DNA of 62,740 bases, filler included, from Bonamia ostreae (GCA_040357525.1; 47 parts of 47 records of this genome joined end to end with filler, not necessarily neighbours in it); one strand, 5' to 3'. Shown: positions 36,439-50,167, counted from the whole stretch's first letter. A program made the numbers and translations. The notes: generated by a model from the sequence alone, not told the origin.

Positions 36439-37095
36439 ATGCCTCACAAAAATTCAATCAATTTTTTTGCAAACTTACTTCTCGGATTAAACATCCTTGC
36501 ATGGTCATTTTTTATAGCGTATTTTCAGGAATTAGCTGTAGTCGCCCCATATACGAATAATGGGGTGCTCATTTCGGCTAATGTCGGTTTATACAAACAA
36601 GATAATTTTGAAATAAACTTTAACGTAACTCAAAAAATCGATTTCTTTGAGAAACCAGAACTTATTTGCTATACTGAACATTGTTCAGACAACTTGCAAA
36701 CTTTCCAAATAGTTCTTTATGTCGGCTTTGGGATTATAATCCTTCTTGGGGTCTTAAATTTGTATCTAGTCGTTGCCAATTTCATGAGTATATTCAATGT
36801 CAAAATTTCTAATATTCTGAATTTCATTATTTATGCATTAGCCATTGTGTTGGGAATTTGTGTGCCTATCTATTTGAAATTTTTTTGGCGAAAATACTAT
36901 CCGTTTCCTAAGAACACGATGGAGTTTGGCATTTTTTTCTATATTCCGATTTCCTTTGCGCCAATCGAGGTTGTTAGCTTGCTCGTCTACTTATTCGCTA
37001 TTAAAAACGATGGAGAATCGGAAAAATCAGAAACAAAACAACAAAGTTCATATTATTCAAGTGACTACAGTCCTAGTAGTGCCGATAATGATTAA
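36439..37095 (+). CDS. Four-TM membrane protein, possibly of claudin/PMP22-like topology
   Basis: Complete 218-aa ORF with four hydrophobic helices. Loop 1 contains VGLY and two Cys; the tail is Ser-rich. Confidence 0.65.
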   Translation: MPHKNSINFFANLLLGLNILAWSFFIAYFQELAVVAPYTNNGVLISANVGLYKQDNFEINFNVTQKIDFFEKPELICYTEHCSDNLQTFQIVLYVGFGIIILLGVLNLYLVVANFMSIFNVKISNILNFIIYALAIVLGICVPIYLKFFWRKYYPFPKNTMEFGIFFYIPISFAPIEVVSLLVYLFAIKNDGESEKSETKQQSSYYSSDYSPSSADND

Positions 37096-39122
37096 ATTTA
37101 TTCTCTGCATTTTTTTATTAATTTTTTAGTATACTGACATTATCTGGGAGGCTGACCCAAACTATGTGGGGATCGTTGTCGAAGTGAATAGTATCGCATA
37201 CTGACCAAAACCTTCGTCAGCACCTTTACATTCCAAATAAAGATTTTCTGTTCGTATTCTTGAGACAATCAATAATTTGCCGGTCTGAAGACGAATTCTA
37301 TTTATACTAATTTCTTAAAACTTCAGTTACATTTCGTGTAGGTACCATATTTGTTTTTTTTTCTGATTAGTGTAATTACATTTACACTTCTTCTTCATTG
37401 ATGACCAATTTTCAATGTAACTGAAATATTCATTCTGTTTTTAAATANNNNNNNNNNNNNNNNNNNNNNNNNNNNNNNNNNNNNNNNNNNNTTAATTAAT
37501 TAANNNNNNNNNNNNNNNNNNNNNNNNNNNNNNNNNNNNNNNNNNNNACATTTTGCTACAGTATACGTGTTTTTTCTTAGATTGACTACGGAAAAAACCT
37601 TAAATGTACTTTGATTAAGTCTAAGGCAGGATATTTTATTGCTGATGTCCTTTCACAATGGAGATACAATAAACGAGACAAAGTTTCTGTATACTATGGG
37701 GTGTTACAAATAATATATTATTGTATTTGTATCTTTCAGTCTTAAAGAAATTTGTTTATTGAAACGACCAACAGGTATGTTTTAAGTATTTGTATTAACT
37801 ATAATAAATCAAACGCAACGTAACAAAATCATTATTTACATATCTTACTGTAACAGTACTTCAAAGATCGAGTTTTGTATTCCTTAATATCTAGAATTGA
37901 AGTAAGTAACTATGCTAGTTCACAAACTCTTTATTCAAACCAAAATCATGCATGTATCATTCGATATGAATGTTACTTAGCTCAATCTGGGATCTTCGCA
38001 TTTCCTTTTTTATTTGAAAACTGATACATGTACATGCACTAGGCCGTCGAAGGGGTTGGGGTGCGATGTCACCCCTGTTTTGAATTCTAGAGTTTACACA
38101 GAACCAATGATTCAAGGAGAGGTAACTCTATATAATTCAACATAATGATGCTTCTCCCCACACATACCTGGGCATGGTGTATTAAAATTATAATATACAT
38201 GTACACTTTAGTAACTTTTTCAGTGTAACGACTTATATTGGCCAACATACTAACATACCCATTTTCCTTTTTAAAATGCATGTTAAATGGAACATTCAGA
38301 AGAAAATATTTACATTTCATTTTAAAGTCTACGATAAACCCTTTTAATCTAACTCACAATATGTATCATACAGTTCCTGATAATTGAAACGTGACCCAAA
38401 TTATAAGTGACGTTGCTGTCTGTATGAATTTGAAGAGTTTAAATGAGTCCTATTTATGGAAAATGTTTAACAAATGCATCTAACAATTGTCTACTTTCAA
38501 ATGTAGATCAATTCATTCAGAAATTGGTCTAAGATGGGGATATGGTAAAACATTATTAAGTGCCTCAAAAGATTTAACACCCACTACACCCTAACTTAAA
38601 CATCGCAAATCTTTCCCATATTCAACGTTATTCAGGGCATATCAGTTACATTTCTAGGACTAAAAGACACATTCATTACGATATCCAGTAATTGTGATTG
38701 AATGTATATTGGTTAACGTTCCAGTTTGCGGTCTTTTGACTTTTTAAAAGTTTTAAGCTTTACAACTATCCAATGCATATGCNNNNNNNNNNNNNNNNNN
38801 NNNNNNNNNNNNNNNNNNNNNNNNNNTTAATTAATTAANNNNNNNNNNNNNNNNNNNNNNNNNNNNNNNNNNNNNNNNNNNNCCTAGTCAAAAGTACAAC
38901 TAAAAATAACCCTGCACCGTTTTTGTTTTTAATTTCTATGGTTGATATGCAAACGTTTGGAAAATATCGTTGTTTTGAATTACCAATGCGGCTTACATTG
39001 TAGGCTAGTTTTCTTAACTTTCCATTGCAAACCCGTTAAACCCGCCGATTGATCAGTCGTTCTACTGAGCCCGATCATTGTAAAAGAATAATATCAATTA
39101 ATTCTGTTTTTATTTCTTGTAG

Positions 39123-39964
39123 TATTCTGCATCGGTTGCTGGAGGTGATGATCAGGAAACAATGCGAATAAATCAGGTTAGCAAGTGATGTCTGAGATAT
39201 AGCTCTTTTTTACACAGAATGTTAATTTTTAACAGAATAACGTAAATATGAATACAGGAGATAGACGAAGGATTAAGGATGGAAACAAATGACTCCTTGT
39301 GGAAGGACTGTCCATTTCTTCTAGCCCTTAACGAAGACCATGCACTTACAAAAATTCTTCGCTACCCCATAAAAAAAGGTGAATATTTTAATAACAAAGC
39401 ATGTTTGTAGAACTTTAGGATTTACCATATAACAAAATTTGCCACGATGCTCGAAAGAAACATGAGTTCATATATAATTTTCATCAAGCTGATAAATACC
39501 AGAGGTTTTTTTAAATGTAGAACGCTGCCTGATGGCGGGATCGCATCGACCACTCGAATGTGCTAATGAAGAATACATCCAATTGCCAGGACTTGGGTGA
39601 GTTAACAATGAGCAAGATATTCAGAATACACAGGCATTTCAGAGAAGTTTCCTAATCTTTTTAGATATACACTCTTTTATTCTTTTTATTAAACTAAAAC
39701 GCACAAGTCTGCTTTGTATACAGAGTGGAGAAGGATATAATGTTTGTGTATGCATCCAAAACAAACTAAAGTATTATGTGCTTACGCCGCAATTTACGCT
39801 TTAATATATGACAATGTGAAATATATCAATAGGAATAAAACAGAATATGCTGTTCTTGAGAATCAAGATGGAATGGTCTACATTACTGCGAAAGAGGGCA
39901 TCACATTTGTCAATGGCAAAGAGATCCACGCAAAGGAAGCAAAGAAGCTGCAACATCGAGATAG
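39123..39964 (+). CDS. Kinesin-3-type FHA-domain region, several exons (animal)
   Basis: Exons encode CPFLLALNEDHALTKILRYPIK, IQLPGLG and IKTEYAVLEN...TFVNGKEI...LQHRDR, with canonical animal splice sites. Confidence 0.65.
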
Positions 39965-40217
39965 GTTAGAAAAGCTTTAACTTGGACTGAAAATGAGCTA
40001 TTTGTTACGGAAATAAACAAGCTTTGTTGCTTTTAGTCACTAAAATGGTAAGTATATGTTGGTAAACATTTCTCGAGTACGACGGAATTTGGTGCCGAGC
40101 AAAGCGAGTGATAAAATNNNNNNNNNNNNNNNNNNNNNNNNNNNNNNNNNNNNNNNNNNNNTTAATTAATTAANNNNNNNNNNNNNNNNNNNNNNNNNNN
40201 NNNNNNNNNNNNNNNNN

Positions 40218-41422
40218 ATAATGTTTCCATTTATTTTCGACATCGGACCGCGCTTCGAGAACAAAACTTTCCAATTCGTTTTTCAGTTCTTCGATTCGAT
40301 CATATTTTTTGTCAAAGTCGCTCATCTCTTTTTCTTTCAACATTGCTTCTTCAACAAATTTTAAAGGGACATATCCTTCATTTGTAACAAAGTTTATTTT
40401 TGTTTTTTTCTCTTTCTTCACTTTTTTGTTTTCTTTGTTGTCGTCGTCATTCAAATCTTTTTTGTTCTCTTTGAGATCTTTGTTTTCTTTTTCTTTGTTG
40501 TCAACAGCGATTTCTTCGTGCAGGAAAACGCTTCTAATGGCGATGAGACCGTCGAATGTCAAAGCGATTTTTACGTTGATGTAATTGTCTGTGACGTTTT
40601 TTGTTGTTGTCTTTGGCGGGTTTATTGTGCAGTTTGAAATAAATGTGTTTGTTCCCGGTGGCAGTTCTTCGGGATTGGCGTAGCTTTTTTTTGTCGATTT
40701 TTGCGAATTGTTTTGAAAACGATTTTTTTTAATTTTGTCGATTTTTGTGAATTGTTTTGAAAACGGTTTTTTTTAAATTTTGTTGATTTTTTGTGAAACG
40801 CCAAAAAACTTGAAAACGACTTGGAAAGGATCAGTTTTTCGGAAAGTGAGCAGTTTGGCTGAAGGAATGGCACTGAAACTCTTAAAAAGAACTAATCGCT
40901 TTTCAAGTTCAAAATTGCCTTTTTCGTCAATATTTCCCCACGCGATTTCTATTGAATAAGGAAATGTGTCGATCACTTTATATTCTCTTGCTCTAAACAT
41001 CGGAGAATTTATTGCACACTTTTTATTTTTTTTAATTTTAGTTCATTTTGACTAATTTTTTTTTAAATTTAAGCTCGTTCGACTAATTTTTTGCAGAACT
41101 TAAAAACTTTGTAAGTGCTTCCAATCGCAATTGATTCGTCTCCGTCACAAGTTTCGGAAATTTCTCGCCCTAAAAATCTTTTTAGTGTTGATTTGACCAA
41201 TGGAATTCGAGAACTTCCTCCAATAATTTCCAGTGAATGAAGTTGATTTTTTTCGATATTCGCCATTTTCAAAACTTAAAATTTGCAAATTTTAAAAAAT
41301 GGTATTTTAAAATATTAAATTTTATTAAAACGTTCTTCAGAAAAATATTCTATTTCGTCCATTTTGCTTTTAATAGAATTTTCGTATTCGTTTTTGGAAA
41401 TGTTTATCGACAAGTCAATTTC
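40218..41422 (-). CDS. HSP110/Sse1-type Hsp70 family chaperone, internal multi-exon fragment
   Basis: LEIIGGSSRIPLVK, DESIAIG, CAINSPMFRAREYKVIDTFPYSI, IPSAKLLTF and EKEMSDFD...KNELESFVLEAR. Confidence 0.9.
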
Positions 41423-44316
41423 CTTTTTTTTGCGATTTAGTTAATTTTTAANNNNNNNNNNNNNNNNNNNNNNNNNNNNNNNNNNNNNNNNNNNNTTAAT
41501 TAATTAANNNNNNNNNNNNNNNNNNNNNNNNNNNNNNNNNNNNNNNNNNNNCTTTGCAACCAGAGTATCAGCCTTTGTATGAACTTCTCTAATAAAACAG
41601 TAAATTGATTAGTTATTTCATTGTGTGTCCATTTCGGATGGTTTCTGTGGTATGTTCTAATTTGCTTATTTACAACTGCGAAGCCATAACTAAACTGGAA
41701 TATTTTTTTGATGTTAAACAAGACTACAGTTCAATATTAAATAATGTTCTTGTTTATCTAATACAACAAGTATTTGAAACCTTTCACCCAGGCATACGAT
41801 GGAGATCGATAATGGACAATTTACTAATTACTAAGAGGGAGTTAAACAAGATAAAAATACGCGCACCGGTGGCGGTTTATCGAAATAAGTAACACTTCTG
41901 AAATAGACTTCTGTGATAAAAACACTGTGGCAAATGGCAATAATTAATTTGACGAGAAATTTATTTGTTGGAGAAATGTTCCGAGAAAATGTGGCGTTAT
42001 AACGAAATCGGCGCCACAATGAGCGGCGATGAGTCCAGAGTTACCTATAGACGATGACCTAGACGAATCGGAGTGCAGATAATGTCGATTTGTTGGTGTG
42101 CATTCAAAGACTGTGTGATAAGTCATTCAATAATCTTTTTGTGCGAACATAAACTTCAGAATACAAATAGAAACAGACTTCTATCTTTTTAATATCCTGA
42201 GGTTCAAACCAAACCACCAACTCGTAGTCGACTGATAAGGTCTGCAGTAAATATAGTGATCGTCCTATTTAATGCAAATCAGTGGCACGTTAACACTTAA
42301 AAACCAGACATAGTTTGAACGGATATCAAATAGATGAGGACATCTATCTAAATTGTGTTAATCAGTGTCAGTGTGGATTTGTGGATGACCATTCAAAGGT
42401 CATGTATGACGAACAAAAGGCAAATAAAAATACGACAATCTTTATCGGCTTGATATCTTTATCACTTGAGTCAAGCTGATTTTCTGTATCATAATGATAG
42501 CACTTATCGTTAGGCGAACCCAGCACAGACAGAATGGGGATTAAAAAAAACTGTCGGATAGTATATTTTACCTCTACAGGTAAGGCATTAAACCTTTAAA
42601 TGGCAGACACTTATGTTTGATAATAATATAAGTTATCCACATGAGAGAGGAGCAAATCCCTGTATACCCACACCTGCAAATATTTTTTTGTATCTGAGAT
42701 TAAAAAATGGTTGGAAAGGATACTCTTTGATTTTAAAATCCTTTCCTAGCTTTGTCTCAATAAATCATTGACTGCTCCCTAAAACNNNNNNNNNNNNNNN
42801 NNNNNNNNNNNNNNNNNNNNNNNNNNNNNTTAATTAATTAANNNNNNNNNNNNNNNNNNNNNNNNNNNNNNNNNNNNNNNNNNNNTATATATATCCTTTC
42901 CGTTATGCAGATTAAAAGATTGATCAAAATCCTTGATGGTGAGTTGGATAGTATTCTTCAAAAAGACATGTCTCCAATGGAAACTGCTTTACTTATTCTA
43001 CTCTACCGCAAGCATACAGAAGAAATTGCTCGAAATGCATCCAACAGTCATTGGAAATGGGAAGAGGGTTCTTTAAAAAAGGAATACCAAAAAAGAAGAG
43101 AAAATATAATGACTAAAAGAAGCATTGCAAATACTGCTATTCAGAAGACGACAGATGAATTTATGAAAGAAATTGAAAAGGTATGTATATTGATTTTTAT
43201 TCATTGAGACATTTTGACTACAGGAAAAAGCGATGGATCCATCATAATGTACTTGAAAAATAGATAACATTTCAAACACCTTACTTGTAGACAAAATGGA
43301 GAAGTCATAGTAAAATATGACCACATATCACCCAGCTTCGAAACATCGCCCACCATCGCGGAAAAGACATAATCATGATCTAGTTCGTAATGTTTCTTTA
43401 CATCTGTTTCATTTGTTTCGGATCTATCAATTTCGTTGTTGTGAAGCAAGCATTATTTCTTGATTCTCATTCTATGCACATGAAGATTTTGTGGTCGACT
43501 TCATGAATTGCAACCAACTTAAAAAATCACATGCATGGGTGTACAATTACTTTCTCAGTACATTTAAATATCCATTCTGAAAATGGAGATTCTATACGTG
43601 TTACACAGTACTTCCGTTCTGATGGCGACTTACATAAGCTATGGTTCTGGAAATTAGATTTTAAACGCGGTTCGCAGTTCACTATTTGAATTTCAATATA
43701 GTGAACTTCATTCTTGAACACTGTTCGCAATTCACATCTTCTATGCATGAAATAGGAAAATAGACTAACACTTTGAGGGTAAGTTACTTAAGGGCATCTT
43801 ATACCACTCTGAAGGTACCAGCTTTTGGTTTGAAGATCCGCCTCTCCAACATTTATTCATAATGTATTACACTTCGTTTATAAACAAAGGTTTTGGTTTT
43901 TTTTAAATCCAAAAAAATCACAAAAAGGTGATGGTACCATGTCTTGTTTTTTATCCACCCATTCCAATTATATTCGGATTTAGAAACATTGTAGATCCCT
44001 ACCAAGGGGACTGAAATTTGGAAGGTTGGGATCTAGTTGTCAAATACCAATCCATAAAATTATGGTGCTGGTACAATAATCTTATTATGTGGAACCATTC
44101 CTCTTAATTTTTATTCACNNNNNNNNNNNNNNNNNNNNNNNNNNNNNNNNNNNNNNNNNNNNTTAATTAATTAANNNNNNNNNNNNNNNNNNNNNNNNNN
44201 NNNNNNNNNNNNNNNNNNACTCCGATTTTGCCCAGAAAACTAAAGACATTTTAAAATTATAAAAAGTTAAAATTTAGAAATTTGAAATTTAGAAATAATA
44301 TTTTGAAAGACTGAAA

Positions 44317-44996
44317 ATGGGTTCCCTTTTATCCAACATATTTAAATATTTTCAATCCGACAAAGATGTCCGTGTTCTTATTTTGGGCTTAGACAATGCC
44401 GGAAAAACAACAGTTTACACTTTGAAAAAATTAGATATTATATAAACTGAAAACACCAGAAGCCAGCACGAAGATACATGAACCGACGATTGGTTTCAAT
44501 GTAGAAACGTTGTCTTACAAAAGCATAAGTTTCCGCGTTTGGGATTTGGGAGGGCAAACGAACATTCGTCCTTATTGGAAGTTTTAAATTCCATAGCAAG
44601 ATGTTATTTCCAAGACGCGATTGCTGTTATTTTCGTTGTAGATTCGACCGACGTCGAAAGATTGGATTTGGCTCGACAAGAGCTTCTTTCGGTTGTGTCG
44701 GAAGAGGAAATGGCGAACATTCATCTTTTGGTTTTCGCGAATAAACAAGATATGGAGACTTCCATTTCGGAAGAAAAGGTTCATTTTAAGTATTTGTTTG
44801 GAATTAAAGATTTGATTTTGTTGAAAATTTTTCTGCTTTTAAAAATTTATTTAAAAATTTCTGTTTTTTTAAGGTGGCGGAAGGTTTAGGATTGTCGAAA
44901 TTGAAAAACGACAAATGCAAAATATTTAAAACTTCGGCTACAAAAGGTGAAGGGTTGAAAGAAGGATTTGATTGGCTGATTAAGCAGATAAAATAG
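44317..44996 (+). CDS. ARL1: ADP-ribosylation factor-like GTPase (Arl1-like), complete; introns 44413-44434 (22 nt), 44581-44600 (20 nt) and 44779-44873 (95 nt)
   Basis: MG...[17 protein letters not shown]...PTIGFNVE...[17 protein letters not shown]...FANKQD...[14 protein letters not shown]. Confidence 0.92.
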
Positions 44997-45846
44997 CCGT
45001 GATTAATTTTTAATAAATGGAATGCGTTTTCAAAAATAAAACAACTTTGCAGATAAATTAACATTAAATTAAACAACTTTATAAATGAAATTTAAGAAAT
45101 CTTGTTTACAATAAAAAAGAATTATAAAACTTTTGAACATTCAATATTAAATCATTTTTATACAATAAATATTTTGTCAAAAGCACATTTCCAATTCGTT
45201 GTTTTTATTAAAAATGAAATAGAATAATTTTATTAAATATTTTTTCATCAAATAGTTATTAAAATAGTTCAAATTTCGAAACAAAAATTTCCAAATTTCA
45301 AATGTCTGTATTTTTACAAACAAAAAAACAGCTTAAGACTTCGCAATACAAACCAAACCTCAAAGCCGTTTTTTGCCAAAAACAGTTTAAATATTATATC
45401 AAAGCTGCAAAACAAAAACACTAAATTTAGTATGTTTGATGCCCTATTTTCNNNNNNNNNNNNNNNNNNNNNNNNNNNNNNNNNNNNNNNNNNNNTTAAT
45501 TAATTAANNNNNNNNNNNNNNNNNNNNNNNNNNNNNNNNNNNNNNNNNNNNAAGAGGGAGAGCTCCGCTCTCCTGGCTCTTCGCGCCGTGAGCGGGCTTA
45601 GCACTCTATGATAACAATGTCATTCAGACACGGTCAAAATATCAATTGATGTAATGTTGAAATTTAATAATGACTTCAATTTACATAGGTATGTTCTAAT
45701 AGAAAAAATCCAAACAGCATATCATAAAGTTAAAAGGACCATAAGTATTTATAATCCCTGAAAAAGTTTGGAGAAAAGCTTGTAAATGTACCTTGCCATC
45801 CGATACAGTACTGAAATATTCTTACCCAGGTGATATGCTGGCTACT

Positions 45847-45990
45847 ATGGAATCTGGTGTGTGTATCGTGCTTTTTCTCTACCTTGGACTGACGCATGGA
45901 TACTGGTTTGAGGAGGGATACCATCATCATTACACTTACTCGTCCACCACTAACACCCTAGGAACGTATAATGTTACAACTGTTGTAAAG
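45847..45990 (+). CDS. First exon of a secreted protein, possibly of the large lipid-transfer (vitellogenin/apolipophorin/MTP) family (animal)
   Basis: Signal peptide, then FEEGYHHHYTYSS, then a GT donor at 45991. Confidence 0.4.
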
Positions 45991-47102
45991 GTACACTGTA
46001 TTGCCTACATATATGTAATTTTTTAAAATTTGAAACTGAAGTTAAATTAGGCTTGGATTTCTCGAGAAACAAATCTCAAACTCAAGTTTAATCTTCTATT
46101 TGATTTATCAAAATTTCGACTTAAGTTCTGTTCGAGAAATTTAGGCCTGGTGTTTTTCTTGTTGGTACATCACGCATACAAAAGATTCCTTTCTCCCTGA
46201 TAGTATTTGTAATGTTAAATGACACTTGGTTGTCAGTCATCACCAAGATACATAATTCATGCAGTGATCGATACGTCAGTCTTGTCTAACTGCTATTTTT
46301 CGGTTTTGACTACTTCGCTATAGCCGTCGCTATACGTGCCCTCGGATCCTCAGTATTGGCATCACAACTGTCTTCTGATGCACTGTGAACATCTTGGTGA
46401 CAGTTGCTCTAAATAAACCCGTCGATGTTGATGAGCTATTGTACGAAAGCTCATCGAGCAAACTTTCGTAGATAAGAAATAAAAATTTTCGCGAAACTTT
46501 AGGAATAAAGGCGTAACTTCCACGAATAAATGCCTGACTATCGTGATATAACGTTAAATGTTTGTAAATATACGTGGTAATTCGCGTTATAATGCGAAAG
46601 TTAAGAGTTCTTAAACGAAACTTTTGTGTTATAAAGCGTAATTTTTTTTTATAAACGCCAAATGTAGGTACATGTATATACTCTTATATATCGATTACAT
46701 GCGCTCAATATTGAAGTAGCATGAAATATGTTCATTAAAATGAAGAAGAATTAAGAAAATCTTGTGCAGTTGTCCTTTGAACANNNNNNNNNNNNNNNNN
46801 NNNNNNNNNNNNNNNNNNNNNNNNNNNTTAATTAATTAANNNNNNNNNNNNNNNNNNNNNNNNNNNNNNNNNNNNNNNNNNNNTATGAAATAAAATATTG
46901 TTCGAATATGAAATAAAATGTTCGAATTTTGCTTAAATATTCACTTGTATTCTTCGCAAGTTTGGTCATATCAGGTCTGATTGCCACATTACAATATCGA
47001 TATCAGTGAGATAATCTTAAGATTGTTTAATCGGCAAAATTTTATCTTTTTACAACAACAAAATTTAGAAGAAACGCAGAAAAAATTTAAGTCATTTAGT
47101 GA

Positions 47103-47983
47103 TCAATAATACAAGAACAAATCTTTGATAGTTAACTCTTCCTCCCCATTATAAATCTTCCCGAGAACCAAAACAGAGATGAACAACAGAATCAAATGAG
47201 CGTTCTCGACATGGCTCATCATGGTCACCAGCAGATACGCTTCAATCGGCATGAGCAAAAGCAACTTGGCGCTATCGTCAAAGTTATTTGCCAACACTGT
47301 TATCACAGAAGCAATCGAAAAAATGTGCGCGAACCTGATGCAGTAGTTCAACACTTCGCTCTTGATACATTTCTCCACCTTGTTTGCTACGGCAGACAAA
47401 TATTTGAGAATAAAGAGCGCCATCAACAAAACGGCTTAAAAATAGAATTGAAAACATGAAAATATCACGAAGAATTTGTAATGCAGATCTTTGCTCAAAA
47501 CACACTTTATTATTTCCACGGGCAAACTTAAAACGAGAAGGGAAGTCATCATCGCGATTTTGACAGGTTTCTCTTTAGGCGAATTCTAAAAATGGCTAAT
47601 GGAACCTGCTTGGGATGGAACGCAAAGTTGATCAACACAATCAAAGCAGGACTAAGAGCGTAGAAGCACAAGATGACTTTTCGAAGCGTTTCGTCTATCG
47701 CCGTGTGTTCGAACGCCACGTAAAAAACGGGGAGAGAAGTTATGACGAAGCAGTTGGTCGCGATTTGCAGGAAGAGGAAGTTGTTGTTTTCAAGGTTTCC
47801 TGCTTTGTGGCCTTTGGTGTAGATCCCGTAGATGTAGATTAGAAAGTAAGCGGTGAGGATTAAGATGGAGAGAAAGGTAACAGGAGGAGTAACGAGGATT
47901 AGAGGGCCCATTGCGACAAGATTTATCATAAAAATGGAAAAGATCGTAAATTCCCAATGGTCCGTTAGAAAATAAGTGAGCAT
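47103..47983 (-). CDS. Multi-pass membrane protein (about 279 aa) assembled across two tiny introns, 47586-47605 (20 nt) and 47435-47455 (21 nt)
   Basis: Removing GTTCCATTAGCCATTTTTAG and GTTTTCAATTCTATTTTTAAG fuses two ORFs into one stop-free hydrophobic frame (378+130+332 nt). Confidence 0.7.
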
Positions 47984-48228
47984 TTGGTTTGTTATTATAT
48001 TATTAGAAATTAATAAATTCGTTTGCCAGTTTATTAAAGCTCTTTATTGCTATTTGTTATATCGGATTATGTTAGTATTTATTGCATCTCGACTAAATTT
48101 TGTGGTAACAAAGATNNNNNNNNNNNNNNNNNNNNNNNNNNNNNNNNNNNNNNNNNNNNTTAATTAATTAANNNNNNNNNNNNNNNNNNNNNNNNNNNNN
48201 NNNNNNNNNNNNNNNTTCTAAACCAAAA

Positions 48229-49446
48229 TTAAAATTTAAACAGAAACTTGGCTTCAGAAGAAAATCCGTAATCGTTGTGGACTTCTTCTTCACACGGCGG
48301 TTTATCGAAGTCCACGTACGACCTCCTCTTGAAACGAACTCCGCGACGGCTATTAAATCGAGAGCCGCGACGTCCATTGAACCCATTTCTCGAATTTCTG
48401 TGTCGAGAATTCTCGTTTCTGGAATATCGAGACGATGTGTCGCCGGGTATTAAAGATTCGACCTTTTCAAGTTGGAAATGATCTTTGTCGTTCATGAAAT
48501 TTTGGAAAAAATCGTTTTGCTCTTCCTTCGAAAGGAAAGTTTTAGCAGCTTCGGCGTGTCGTTTGGTGATGTGTTGGTTGAGGAACTTTTGCAAAACAAA
48601 CATTTTCTTGCACAATTTACATTGCCATCTCACGTCGCTTTTTCTTTCGGTGTTTTCTTCCAAAAAAGTGTTCTTTTTTCTAATTTTGTAAATTTATTTT
48701 GAGCCGATTTTGCAATTTTTTGTAATTTTGAAAAATTGTTTGTTTTTACAAAACTGATTTAAAAATCTATTTTAAATCGCTTTATTAAAAATCGCAAAAT
48801 TAAAATTTTCTGCAATTTGGAAAATCGCTTTAAAACAAAAAAATGGACCTTTCAACCCATTCGGCAATTCCGAGAGAATGGTCGTTTTGCAAAATTTGGT
48901 CTATTTTTTTGTCCAAATCTTCTCGCCATTTTTTATAATCTTCGTCTGCGTCGTTTTCAGAATTGTCGAATCGACGTCTTTTCGAAAAATCTGATTGATT
49001 TATTATTGTTTCGCGCGGATGTCTTTTGGCGCATCTGCTCATTAGCCTTTCCTCCGATTGGTAATCTGTCCCGCAGTAATAACAAAAAAAGTGAACGTTT
49101 TGGAGATAAAAAATGAGTAAATTCAGTTTTGCAATTTTCTTTTATTAATTTTTAGTCATTTTTTTGTCAATTTTTAAATTGAGAAGAATCGCTAATTTGC
49201 GAATTAAAGACAACCGTATCACAATTCGACAATATTTCTTCGGTAAAGTTTTTTTCGATTTGTTTGCGTTTATTAAGGACTGTTATAAGCTTAAATATTA
49301 TTATTTTTTACTTTTTTGGCTTGTTCAATGTCGAAACCTACTCTGTTTTCGACGAGAGAATAAAAATTTGCCGGTTTTATTGATTTTGACGATTTTTTCT
49401 TCGGTAAAATATGCAAATAAAGCGGAGTATATTCTTCAGAATATTC
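48229..49446 (-). CDS. SRRT: ARS2/SERRATE-like RNA effector, C-terminal multi-exon fragment; 22-nt intron at 49290-49311
   Basis: FDIEQAKK|LITVLNKR, FCYYCGTDY...RC, the zinc finger WQCKLCKKMF...HITKRH, FFQNFMND and the C-terminal YVDFDKP. Confidence 0.75.
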
Positions 49447-49571
49447 NNNNNNNNNNNNNNNNNNNNNNNNNNNNNNNNNNNNNNNNNNNNTTAATTAATT
49501 AANNNNNNNNNNNNNNNNNNNNNNNNNNNNNNNNNNNNNNNNNNNNTATTTTTTGACGGCAGAAATTTAAA

Positions 49572-50167
49572 ATTCTTTTAAAAAGTTACAACTGAAGGAG
49601 ATCTCCAAATAACTTCGTTTCGACAAGCAATTGGCTACAATATCTCTTCAATAAGAAAAGTGACATTGCATCAAGACAAGAAGGTGGTCACTGTGAGGGG
49701 AACCAAAGCTTCGATTCGATTTAACGGGCGATTGTTCGATTCCAACTCGATTACGAAAATAAAAACGGCCGATTCGCTCGAAGCGTCTGATTTGTACGAA
49801 TCGCTGCGGCGGAGCATATATCGCCGCTTTCCGGAAATAGAACGGGCTTGTGTGGGAAGACTGAAATGGTGGGTTGATGTTACAGGTTTCTGTTTTGAAA
49901 TTTTAACAAAATTTGATTTTTGGAATTTGTCAATTTTCAAAAATTGCAAATCGTTTTTGTTAAAATAAATTAAAAGACGTTTTGGAAAAACTGATAAAAC
50001 GGAGAAACATGAGAAAATTAATGAGCGGCGATTTTCGAAACATTTTTAAAATCGACATTGAGAAGATTGGCTGCAACAGAGTGGATCGGCTCTTTCTGGT
50101 TGTCACTACTTCAAACTCTCTGCGGCAAAACATTTTTGACGAAGGGCAGCCCATTTTGTTCTCTTAA
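49572..50167 (+). CDS. Hypothetical protist protein, 3' exons
   Basis: Two coding-like exons joined by a GT..AAAG intron (about 49887-49976). No family was recognised. Confidence 0.45.
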
